Positions 50,301-61,861 of a stretch of DNA of 64,000 bases are shown in pieces; position 1 is the first letter of the stretch; every line of letters begins with the position of its first letter. The notes beneath the pieces are model-generated. The model saw only the letters and a program-made list of their open reading frames with translations, searched no databases and was not told the origin of the DNA. A program made the translations under genes and the position numbers. The DNA is from Paraspadella gotoi (Eukaryota > Animalia > Chaetognatha): NCBI GenBank assembly GCA_051294375.1, contig CM119271.1:9501308-9565307 (forward strand), given 5' to 3'.

Positions 50301-53300
50301 TCAATATCGAGGACGACTATTTACCGGTTGAGATTTTAAATATCCCTGGACCATTTATTCCTGTACAAATTGGCGAATGAAATTTTAAGAGACCATGATC
50401 GATACTGGCAGCGGATCGCTAAATTTACTTTCTATGCACTATTACGGAACCAATTGCATTATTGAATATACCGTTGCGAAGCGAGCAGTATAAGGTCATG
50501 GGAATTGGTGGGGTGATTTAGGGCTGCTAGGCTCTGGTAATATTCGGTTGCAAAATAAATAACACCCCGAGGAGGCATTGTCTTTCACATATACAGGGAG
50601 AAAGGCATTTGTATTTGGGTTTAAAAGGGAATGCAAAGATTTTGACATTATTAGATTACTAAAAAATCAAACGGTACATGTAACGGCATATGGTTAAAAT
50701 TATCGGTGAGAAACGCGGAAAGGGGTAACCGAGTTCGAGTTGCCAGGTAACCACTAAACAAGACTGTATAATCTAAAATTGCATGAGACTGTCGTTATTC
50801 CCGCTATTCGCAAATTAATAACTTTCGTTGATGTCGCCGATGATTCGCCGCCGAGGAAACGCTCGAAATTAGATTGCCAATTCGAGTGTCGCCGCTATGG
50901 AATCATTATTCCGCGTTATGTTTTGTCTCGCCCAATGAAAACCATTCCTGTGTTAAAAAATTAAAAATTGGTTTTGTTCGCCGATGAAACTGTATACGAG
51001 GAAGTTACGAAATGCGGCGTTGGCCAAAACCTTGTATTGTTGCGAAGTGAATGATGATGATGATCCAAGCTGGTTGGATCGATATGAAGGCATTGATGTT
51101 GAAGGTGAAGAGTCGCCTGATGGCATCCTATTGTAATTGATTGATTGATTTTGTCTCATCTGGATGATGAAAAGAAAAATAAGTTTGAGCAGTATTAAGA
51201 CGAAAAATGATCGAGTATTAGCGCGGACAATGGACTTGGCCGCACGTCATGGTTGGATGTAAAAATTGCAATTGCAAAGAAGTGTGACAACGGTAATCGA
51301 TCGCCGCGTCAGTTCCGCTTTAGCCAGCAGAAGGCCTGCGGAAGAGAAGCGCGTGAGCTAAGAACATGGACTCATTCACGCGTTTGTAGTCAAATCTTGC
51401 TACAGAGGCTGGCCGGTATATGTAAGAAACGTGATGAAACATGGCGTCTGTTGCACGGGAATGCACGGCTTCGCCATTGATTACCGGAAACTAAATCCTG
51501 TCTACGGTTCCAGGACGGCCAATGCCTCCGAGAATGGGAGATGTGTTTGACAAATATTTCTGCATGCGTTGGTTTTTTCGAAAATTGATTTAAATTATGG
51601 GTTACATGAAGATTCCAATGTCAACCAGAGTCAGCTCCATTGACATGTTTTGAGATTCCAAAACGCCGGTCAGTACATGTGGACCGTTCTCCCTTCGGCT
51701 TCAAAAGTGGCCGGCCGTATTCACTGAGCTGATGAACTGCCATTGCAATGCGTCTTCAACCTTCTCCACCTGCTCGCCTACCTGACGACATCATTTGTCC
51801 GATCACGAATTCGACGAAACACGTGGTACATTTGGAAGAGGTCTTAACTAGGCTAGAAGTTGCTGCGATTGAAGCCAAGGCTCAAGGTTTAGTCCTGCAA
51901 AAATGAAAATTGAATTATTGGCGTCACGTGATAAACGAGAATGGCATCAAAACCGGATAACCATGAAAACTCAGAGTCTGTCGAAATGGCCAAGCCGGAC
52001 TACGGTAAAAGAGGTTCAGTCGTTCGTTGCTTTTGCAATTTTATCGTAGATTGTTCCGAATTTCTCTGGCATCGCAAAAACCCTCTATGAGCCTTTCCAA
52101 AAAGGACCGGAAGTTCCATTGGAGTGGACGCTTGTCAAAAAAGCATTCGAAGAGCTCAAGAATATAATTGTTCGGGCATCTCGTTCTGGCGTGCCCTGAT
52201 TTTTAATTAAAACTTTCCACCTCGCGACTGACTGGGAGTGCTCTGAAACTCCAGTTACAATCCTGTCTCACAGTCGACGATGCCACAGGTAAGTTAAGGC
52301 CCATCCTTTATGGAAGTAAGGTCCACCACCAGGACCTGATGTGTCGGCTACTACGAGGAAATCGCCTGATCCTCATATTCTAGAGGACGTTTCAAAGTCT
52401 CACACGGCTATGCTAGCGACACATAATTACTTTACTGGCTAAACGCGACTTTATTCTCTATTCAGACAACTTTGCTCTTTTCAAATCTTTGTCTAGTCGC
52501 CGCCGCAAGCGTTCGTCATAAGAACGCCTAGGTAGTTAGCCCAGTGGAGACTTCAAGTCAAGCACTTACCAGGTAAGCAAAAATATTGGGCCTGATTTGT
52601 TGCAGTCGGATTGACTTCGCGCAGAAAGAAACAATTTCCTGTGCCAGACAGGACTGGTCAGATTGTCGGAAGTGTCGCTCAGTAGTAATAGTTGCTCCTG
52701 TTGCAACACGCGCAATGACGCAGCTGCCCAGCTGCAAATCCACATCCGATACTGATCCTGCGATCGGGGGGACGCCTTGATCCAACAGGTCTGCTGAGAG
52801 GAAGTGGAGGCCGTTACAAGAGAGCGCATGGGGACTTTAAGTAAGCTCAAGGCTTGGATAGAGACCGGTTCAACGCCCCGACAGAAAAGAGGCGCGTAAG
52901 GGAAAAGTCCCGCCACTAAGGTCGTTACTCGCAAGTTTCGACCAATTCAAAGTAAAGTAATGACGTAATCGTTCGCAGTTTGGACGGGACAAGGACGGAC
53001 AAGGTAAGAATTTGGCCGTGGTACCTGAGAGTGCAGTTCCGGAATTACTGCGGCTTGCGCACGACAACCAAGTCATTCGGGGGCAGAATAAAACGGTTGA
53101 ATTTCTCCGACGTTCAGATATTACGTTTTCGCGTTGGCCGCCGTCGTCGAAAGGACTGATTCGTTCGTGCGGAATCTGTCAGAGGAAGAAAGCAAACAAA
53201 ACCGTTAAGCCCCGTTGCAACAGATTATTGCAGTTATTTCAATGAAAGAGTTGCATTTGATATTAAAGGCCCATTAAGAGAGACTAACATAAAAAATTCC

Positions 53301-56300
53301 GCTATTATTATTGATTATCACTGATTATTTCAGATCGATTGACTATTCTCGCTGGTTTAAAAGGAAGTTCACAGCAGAAGAAGTACTTACTGCATTGTAT
53401 GAGCATTATATTGATATTTCGGAGTTCCGTTCGCGTCATAGTGATGCGTCACCGACGTTTCACGGCGCCGCCGCGAAAGATTTCTATCATACTCCTCGGC
53501 ATCCACAAAGACGAAGACGGCTCCACTCCATCCAATGGGAGACGATTGGTTGAAAGAACATTCGCCTCCATTTCAGGTTTAGGTAACTGCCATGTTGAGG
53601 AACCGGAATGCTGATGGTGCACCGATTGGACGGCGCTGAATGGGATACACGCCTGAAGAAGGCACAATTGGCAGTTAACGCGGACGCCAAATCTTCACCT
53701 CTTTTTTCTCCTTTCAAAATTCTCACCGGAAGTGAAATGTTGTTCCGATGACGCTTTTTATCCGGTGGAAAAACGCGCGAGAAAAAACTATTGCAGCACC
53801 GTTAGAGGGTTGCAAGACAGGCAATCCGAGAATGTCCACGCCGTAATGGAACTATATATGGGTCATGAGCTGGCGATACAAAAAAGATATTATGATTCTT
53901 CTGTTCTAAAATTCCCTGAGTTTAATATTGGCTGACAAAGTTCTTTATCGAAAAGTTGCTGATAAGCCAGCCCATGAAGCTAAAGCATTGCTCTCCTAAA
54001 ATATTTTGATTCCACTTTTTGAAATTACTAAAAAATTGTCTGATGTTAAATTACGTCATTCGAGACGTAAATGTCCGGAAAGGAACGGGTACAACACGCA
54101 AATCATTTTTGCGCCCAGTCGTAGAGAAAGCCATCACCATGGAAACGGAATTCAACAAGAGGAACCGTTTCGACGACAAAGACCGGAAGGAATTCTGGAT
54201 CGGGACGACGACAGTTGTTGATCATCATTTGAGTGGGAGGCTAGCCCCCCGGGGGGGAAGGGGGTTTTCCGCTAAAAAGACGTTCTACTCGATCGAGGAA
54301 CTTGCCCTCGAAACTAACTGACTTTTATTTGGATGATTCAAGTCGAAGGTTTTGTAAATATGATTTAATATACGCATTAATATTATGACATTATAACAGT
54401 GTTTAATCAATCACAAATAATTTTCTACGTCTGTTTGTTCATTACTACATTTTATCATTTATTCATTATTTTCGTCTCTTGGATTAATACGATTAATTGT
54501 TAGCGCTACGTCTGAGTTCGCAACGAGCAACCAGGATCAGGTGGAACAAAAGAGGCATCGTCCGAGATCTTTCCGTTCCACCGAAGTAGTGGTTCAGCCG
54601 CCTTCGCTGAGTGTCTGGAAGGAGAATGAAAATTATGGTTAGTTCTCTGTCTGTGTAAATCCATTGGAATCAAAGGGATCGATCTACCAAGATGGTTCGG
54701 CTCAGTGGTTGTTTTACTTTTTTATTATTATTCGCTGATTTATTAAAGTCTCCAATTTAAGCTCAAATGTTGGAGTTGAGCGAAATCATTGGATGAGAGG
54801 AAAAAAAATGGAAGAATGATTGTAGTGAATGAATGGGTTCTGATCGATTTCTATCTACGACGAGCTTGAGTTTCTTCCACTTCTGTAGAAAGGAATAATT
54901 TTGCAATTCCTTCTGCTAAGTATTAGGCTCAGTATGTTCCGCGTATTATAGTTATATGTTCCTACGACATTGTTTTAACAAAATTGACACTGACCCATTA
55001 CCTTATGTTAATCCATGGAGTCCCCCTCCTCGAAAGTCGATGTCTTTCGACCCAAATCATACCACGTCGTCGTCATCATCATCATCATCAGCGTCATCCC
55101 GGGCGGCCGCCGGAGAAGATTGGGCCGAGCTGGCGCCCGGCAGAGGACGCCCCCCTCCGAACCAGATCGCTCTGATTGCGGAGAAGAGAAGCCCGAGGCG
55201 ATGATGATGGCCGGGGAGGAAATTTCCTGAGGAGATGACGCGCACGGGGAGAGAGCCGGAACAGGACTGCTCGATCCGGAGATTCCCGGCGCTGACGCCG
55301 ACCCGGAACGGGATTCTCTCCACGACTGGAGAGTCGGGTTTCCGGTCATTCTCTGATCCGGCCGGTGGGAGGATTTTGCCTGGTGATGACATCGTATCGA
55401 GACGATGCATCAAGAGGAGGATCGGGACGCCGCTCTTCGTCGGCGGATCCTCGCGCCGCTGCAACAGGAGAGGAGACCGCCCTGTCCGAGGGAATCCTTC
55501 GGACGTTGGCAAAACACTTGGCGATTTTGCAAGGGTGGAGAGGAGCCATGGCGAGTTCGGTTGAGCGGTGGGAAAAATGCCCCAGACCGAGGCCGCTTTT
55601 GACACAGATGAGTCCTTCCGGAAGTGTAGGGCCGCGGACTGGGAGAGGTAAGACGCAGTGGCACCAGCTGCGCCACGTTGAGACGCCCCCAGCCCGCGTT
55701 AAAATTCACTTCCGTGGAGAACCGGTGCCCGAGGCACCCGCCAGATAGCTGCACACGAGGCGTGCAGCTGTTGGGCCGTGATGACCTCGGAACAACGCGG
55801 CAGCGTTGAAGAACAAGTTTGGGCGAGCCTAAAATGAATAAGTAAAATTATAAACTAAAATTAATTACCATGATCAGTCAAAATCTGCAAATTAATATGC
55901 CCATAATATTGCCAAATAATATTGATTATTACGTTTTAAGTCCTTGTACGCCCTTTGTTATTTCATGTTGTTGAAATAAGTCCAGAGAACTTTATTTAGT
56001 TTTTCCGTTCTATCGCAGTCAGAATAGAACAACGTTTTTCGTGATTACACGATGGGAATTATTATTATGATTTTATTTCGAATACAATGTACATTTAGCC
56101 TTGTATACATTATGTAACGGAAACGAATTCTCGTCAATGATATAAGCAAATTAGGCAATCGACGAAATTCATTTCTGGCAGTGAGATGAATAAATGTTTC
56201 ATTCTTTTGAAATTATTGTTACAAATCATTGTTTAACAGTGTATTTCGTTGCGTCTCCCCTTTTCGTTTGTTATTCAACAACCGATCATAAGTCAAGGAA

Positions 56301-59300
56301 TTATTATTATTTTTTCTATATCCTTCCGGAACCAGTACACATTAATTTATCATAAATCAGGAATTGTGATTTATTTTTCTATATTCCTTCAGGAACCAGT
56401 AGAATTAATTTGATCATACAATATTTACTTTCTTTTTGAAAACTTCTCCGATGATTCAATTCTAAATACGGTTTCCCTAAACTTAGAGTTCGAGGGGCTC
56501 TAGTGGAAACAATGGTCATTTTGTTTACGTTCGAAAAAAAGGTACATTTTTCGAATGAAAATGGTTTATTGATTTACGATCATATTCCTATTATTCCGCA
56601 GTTTCCTTGTAATTACTGGTAACTCGTTCTTATGTGTTACAATGAACTTACTTGATTAAATCCATGATTACCCCAGTGAAGATGGGTAATATCAAAACGA
56701 TTGTCGGGGGAAGAGAATAGAATTAAACGTTTTCGAAAAAATTTAGCGGATGAAAACTATTTGCTCGGACGCGTTGGGAGTTTGCCACAGAAAGTGAAGA
56801 ATTATCGAGAGGTTTAGGGACCGGCGGTAAACGATTATACATTCTAGGCAAGGAAATCTGACTCGAAAGAAGCGCAGGCAGGCATTTATCACCACTAGTG
56901 TAACGGCCAGGCTCGGGTTGAACACGAGAAAGTACGAAGCGTAGACTAAAGTCATAACAAGCGCGGGATAGGGGAGACTAAGGAAGATGAGGACATTTCT
57001 TTTTCTTTGAGGTCGAGTTTAATAAGGATAGGCCTCTGTCTCGTATCTCCGTACCTTCCCCTCGTCTTTCTCGCCTTTCTTCTCTCTCGTCTTCGAAATT
57101 CTTCAGTCGCTCACGTACATCCCGGATTATAACCACTCTTCTCTAAAAATATCTCTCCCTTTTACTATTTTCTGTCTCTCTCTCTCTCTTCCTCTTAGCC
57201 ATCTGACGTTTAAGACCATAAAATTTGAAATTAAGAAATGGCGTCGGATCTTGTTGTCGTTGTTGTTGTCGATTGACGTACAAAAAATGTGGACTTTGAG
57301 AGAGGCGTTGGCCGCGCCAGTCGACAACATGTAAGGAGCTGATTGGGCGACGGCCCGTCTCTGACGCGACCGTCCGCCAATCCAGGGGAACTTGGGCGAT
57401 TCTCGACCCCCTCCACATTGAGCAAAGATATAAAAGCAACAACTCTGAAGCATCAGAGAGAACCTGTATAATAATTATTTTTTAGTCTCCATAATTTTTG
57501 CCTCCATAATAATTTTTGAAGTGTTCTTTAACACATGTAAAGAATAAAACTATTTACTGCCATCCTATTTTATGTTATTCTCTCTCTTACTCCTTTGCTA
57601 GCAAGTACTCCTAAAAACAAGGAGTAATGTGAATTTAGTTAAAATAGTTTTATAGATATTCCACAATCATAGACATAGTCTCAGTTTTTAGAATGAAACA
57701 AAGTAAACACGATCGTAGTATCAAATTTTAAGATTGGATCCAGTTACTACATTTACTACAGTTACTACAATTCAAGCTCAAAACCAAGCTAATTCGCGAA
57801 TCCTTTGACAACAACTACATTGGCCATGTAAGCAAAAGAAGAGAAGATAATTTCACCCATGTATGTATGATTGGTATGCATGACATTACTTTCCTCTCCC
57901 CCTTCTACTTCTCTTTGTTAAATTATGAGTTATTTGTAATTGAATATAGAATCATTTAAGTGAATTAGAATAAATAAAGTTCTATAAATTCTTCTTTTAG
58001 TTATTTCTTGTTTTGGCTTATAAACCAATGCTTTATAGCTTGTTAGGAATTTGCTGTTAGCGATTCTTTTAACAAAATCTTGAGCTACTCAATTTGACTA
58101 AATCAATTTTATATCTATTCTATCTAGTTACAGTAAGTGACTACAATATGGGCAAACGAAAGACAATTACGCAGTGTTTGTATTCACTAGCACCGAACAA
58201 TCGCGAAGAGACGATCCCGCCGGAAGATGATCTCCCGAGATTCCCGCTCGTTCTCCCTCCTCAGGACGATTTACCGAGATTCCCTCCCGTCCTGCCTCCT
58301 CAGATATCGAGTGAGACGAGCCACTCCGATTCGAACATTCCGACCGCTCTCCCATCTGCTCCCACACCTGTTCTTCCATCTGTACCAGATGTGGAAGTAA
58401 GAGAGATTAAACTGCCAGGAGATGTCAACCCAGACACTCTCTATGTGGACATTAAAGATATTCCACCATTCAAGAACAATGCTCCACCGTCAAAAACCAT
58501 AGACAAAGCGCGGTACCTGGAGTATGAGTTCGCCGAAAAGTTAAAGTATCTCAAACTTGAGGAAATGTCGGCGTCGAAAATTATTCATGTTCGCAACACC
58601 CGCGACGACAGAATGGCAGGTGCGCGCTTCGCCTCGCTCCTTGCCAAGTCTGATCGCGATATACTGGTTGGTTTTGACACAGAGGGCAGTTCTGCGACAG
58701 TGCAATTGTCAGCAAAGGTTGGAACTGATGAAGTAAACGTCGTGTATCAACTGAAATCGTCAGTTGCCGAATCGTGTCTTAGTGAGGGAGTCCCCGACAA
58801 TCTGTTCAACATTCTACTGCATGAGAGAATCATCTTTGCAGGCAAGAACGTCAGAGAAGATCTCCTAGAATTGTTTGAGACCTTGTCGATCTCACTCTTC
58901 AAAGCGATAAGGCTAAGATACCTTGAGGTAACGGACCTCTATGGATTTTGTCAGAGCCTTGCTCAAGGACCTCGGGAGGTACGCCGTTTCGTCCAGTCGG
59001 GTCAGTGGGTCCGCGAATTTCAAGTTTCGCTGGCATTCTTTTTCAACTTTGCATTTCGAGATCGATTCTTAGACAAGCGAAGTTTCCATCGAGACCATAC
59101 GTCGGATTTTGCTGAAGAAAGATCCCCGCTGTCCCCACAACATCTCATTTATGCAGCGTTGGATTCCCGCGCTTCGAGGGATGCGGTCGTGGCACTTCTT
59201 GGGATGCTTGGTCTCCGCCCTACTGCATTCGCAAGAGAAGTCGGCGACGACTCCTTTCCGATCAACAACCGTATTCTCGATATCGCTAAGGCCTTCGAGA

Positions 59301-61811
59301 ACGACAGCCCTCGAAACAAACGCGAAGAAACGGGCATTGCAGCGCTCAAACTGTGCCAGGTATTCTTCAAGACGCGGGTAGCCGACGCAGAAAAGGCAGA
59401 GATTGTGCGACGTCTTAGAAAACAGATCGCCGTGATAAAGCTAAAGGAAATACGAACGAAAACCAAAATCGACATCGTTTTCATTGAGGACGATCGCGTA
59501 GACCAGCTTGTCATCACACCTTTCCGCTCCGCGTCCACCATAGAGACAATAGAGGAACCATGCGAGTCCTCTCCGCCGGCCAAGGTCAGAAAGTTTTTAC
59601 CTTCAGCCCCTATAGATGCCTCTTCGGTGTCAACTCCAGAGACTTCGCAGGTCCCTCCTTCGGCCGAAGTGGAATGTGCAACAGATGCGACAATCGCCGG
59701 TCCCACCAAGACTAGACCTGGTGGTAAAAGTACATCGTCCCCGACCTTCGCGGTCTTGTCGCGCGCTACGCGTGAGGCAAAACCGCCCGAAGACTCTGCC
59801 ATTTCTTCTGCCAGAACGTTGACAACCTTGCAGATTGCGGATTTTCAGCGATATCTCAAAAAGAAACGAGAGTTGACGGTGACCAAAACGATAGAAGAAT
59901 GGGTCAAGATTCTTTCTTATATGCCTAAGAGAAAACAGAATAATCGAAGGAAAGCATATCTCCTTGCGCGTACTATGTTCGACTTCTTCCCAACACGTCG
60001 TCTTAACGATTTTGTTACTGCGGTTCTCAAGGAGAAGGCCTTGGGATCAAGTTGCCTTCATTCGCTCGTCCAACTAAAGTATTTTTCATGTTCCTCGCTA
60101 GTCCTATTGGATTACTTCCTCGATAGCGACAGCCGTACTCATACGTTGAAATCGGCTGCGCAAGAGTTCGACCAGGCAGAGATCTCGTCAATAGTTGGAT
60201 TTATTTCTCGCTTCTACAGAAGGAAAGACCTGATAGTGGAAAAACTGCGTTCAACTGGCTTTTACGCGAACATGCACGACATCGACGACTTCAAGGAAAG
60301 GTTTTCTAACTATCGCGTCGGTCGATTCATCAGAACATGTTCAGAGGTTGCCAAGTTACCGCTGTCTCGTCATTATCTCGACATAATCTGCAAGTCGCGC
60401 ACCGATATTCTGGTGGAAGCGTTTCTTCGTGGCGAGATCGAAGAGTTTGACATGTATTTTTCCTGCAGAGCTATTGCAGCCGGAGAGAACCGACTGTTTT
60501 TAACTAGTGTGATGCGCGTGGCTGAGTTCAACTCGCTGCTCGCTTCATTCCTCTTACGGCTTCGTGGAGATCCGGAAAGGTCCTTCCCTCCAGCAGAGCA
60601 CGACGACTTTTCGCCGTCATGCAGAGAACCTTATAATAAAGTTCTCCACGATTTACCCTCGTCATTGAGAGGAAATAGAACAGATGGCATAATAATTAAA
60701 GACATAAACGAGCTCGATAAATTCAAAAGAGCATTCTCCAAATCTGAAGATTACGCTATCGCGTATCATCGACCCTTGCCAGGATTGGAGAAAACAGAAA
60801 TTGATTTCCTATCAATTCTTTGCGACAGAGAAGTCTTTCACTTCGCCCCCGGCAAGAACCGAGCTGTCACCGAGGCTATGATTAGCACACTGAAGCCCTC
60901 GCAGTCCCGCCTCTTCACCTTCAAAAAGGTTCCTTTGTTCGACTTTTTCCGTCGCGAATTTTCGTGGGTCCCCTCTAATTGGGTCGACGCAGAAACCGTC
61001 TGCAAGGAGCGTGGCTGGGAGGCAACCATCAATTTAATTGCGAACAAAATCACGGGAGACGCCTATTGTCCGCGTGGACTCCACTTCCATGGAAGTTCGA
61101 GGCCATCTTCGAATGCCCTCTCCACCGCTCGATTACGACGCTGCTCGTATTCAAGTTTTGCGTTCGCTTCGCTCGTTAAGGACGCGTATTGGTCGGGTCG
61201 ACCAATTTAGAAAGGAGGAAGGATGTTGGAGACAAATTCGTGCGGACATCGAAGGACTCGAGATGAAGAACAATTTGCTACGAACAATTAAGGAACTGTT
61301 CTTCAATAAAAATATAAATAATGATTGCTTTTATTTACCTTATTTGTTATTGTTTACATTTCAGATAAGTGAGTATCGTGCTTTATATGTATAAATGATA
61401 ATGTCAGAATAGTAGAATACACCGTTCTTGGTCAGCGTCTCCCTGTCATATTGTGTGCTTCTCATTCTCATAGATCCATACGATAAGACTATTGCTCTCT
61501 GTCGACTGCGCCGCCCGCTCAGACTTAGTTTGGAGGACGACGTGGGAGACCCCGATGCGATCTCAATGCCACCTGACGTGAGCCACCTTCGCCGCTGGCG
61601 AATCCCATAAATCCGCTTCCAAAGGAGGAGAGGAGGAGGAGGAGGAGGAAGAGGAGGGAGAGTAGGAAGAAGAAGGGTAATATTAAGAACAGTAGGAGTA
61701 AATGAGAGGAAGAAAAAGAGGAAGAAGAAACAGGAAAAATACGAAGAGTAAGGGTAAAATGAAAGAGAGGGGAACGAGAGAAAAAAGAGAGAGAAAGAAA
61801 TGAAGGAGAGG

Positions 61812-61861
<50 letters not shown>

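Larger units (their letters stand above)
47594..57576 (+). mobile_element. Ty3/Gypsy LTR retrotransposon B, nested in element A, heavily frameshifted
   Basis: Direct terminal repeats 47594-48128 and 57021-57576; tRNA-Leu PBS; gag-like region ~48550-50020 with a degenerate Cys/His knuckle near 49810-49855; RT YLDD-like motif at ~51778; RNase H ~52200; integrase LRLAHD..CGICQ..FDIKGP..LVER at ~53040-53900. Confidence 0.85.

Noticed and set aside
59149-59802. 217-aa antisense ORF inside the exonuclease gene
   Set aside because: Shadow of a long coding frame; no motif recognised.
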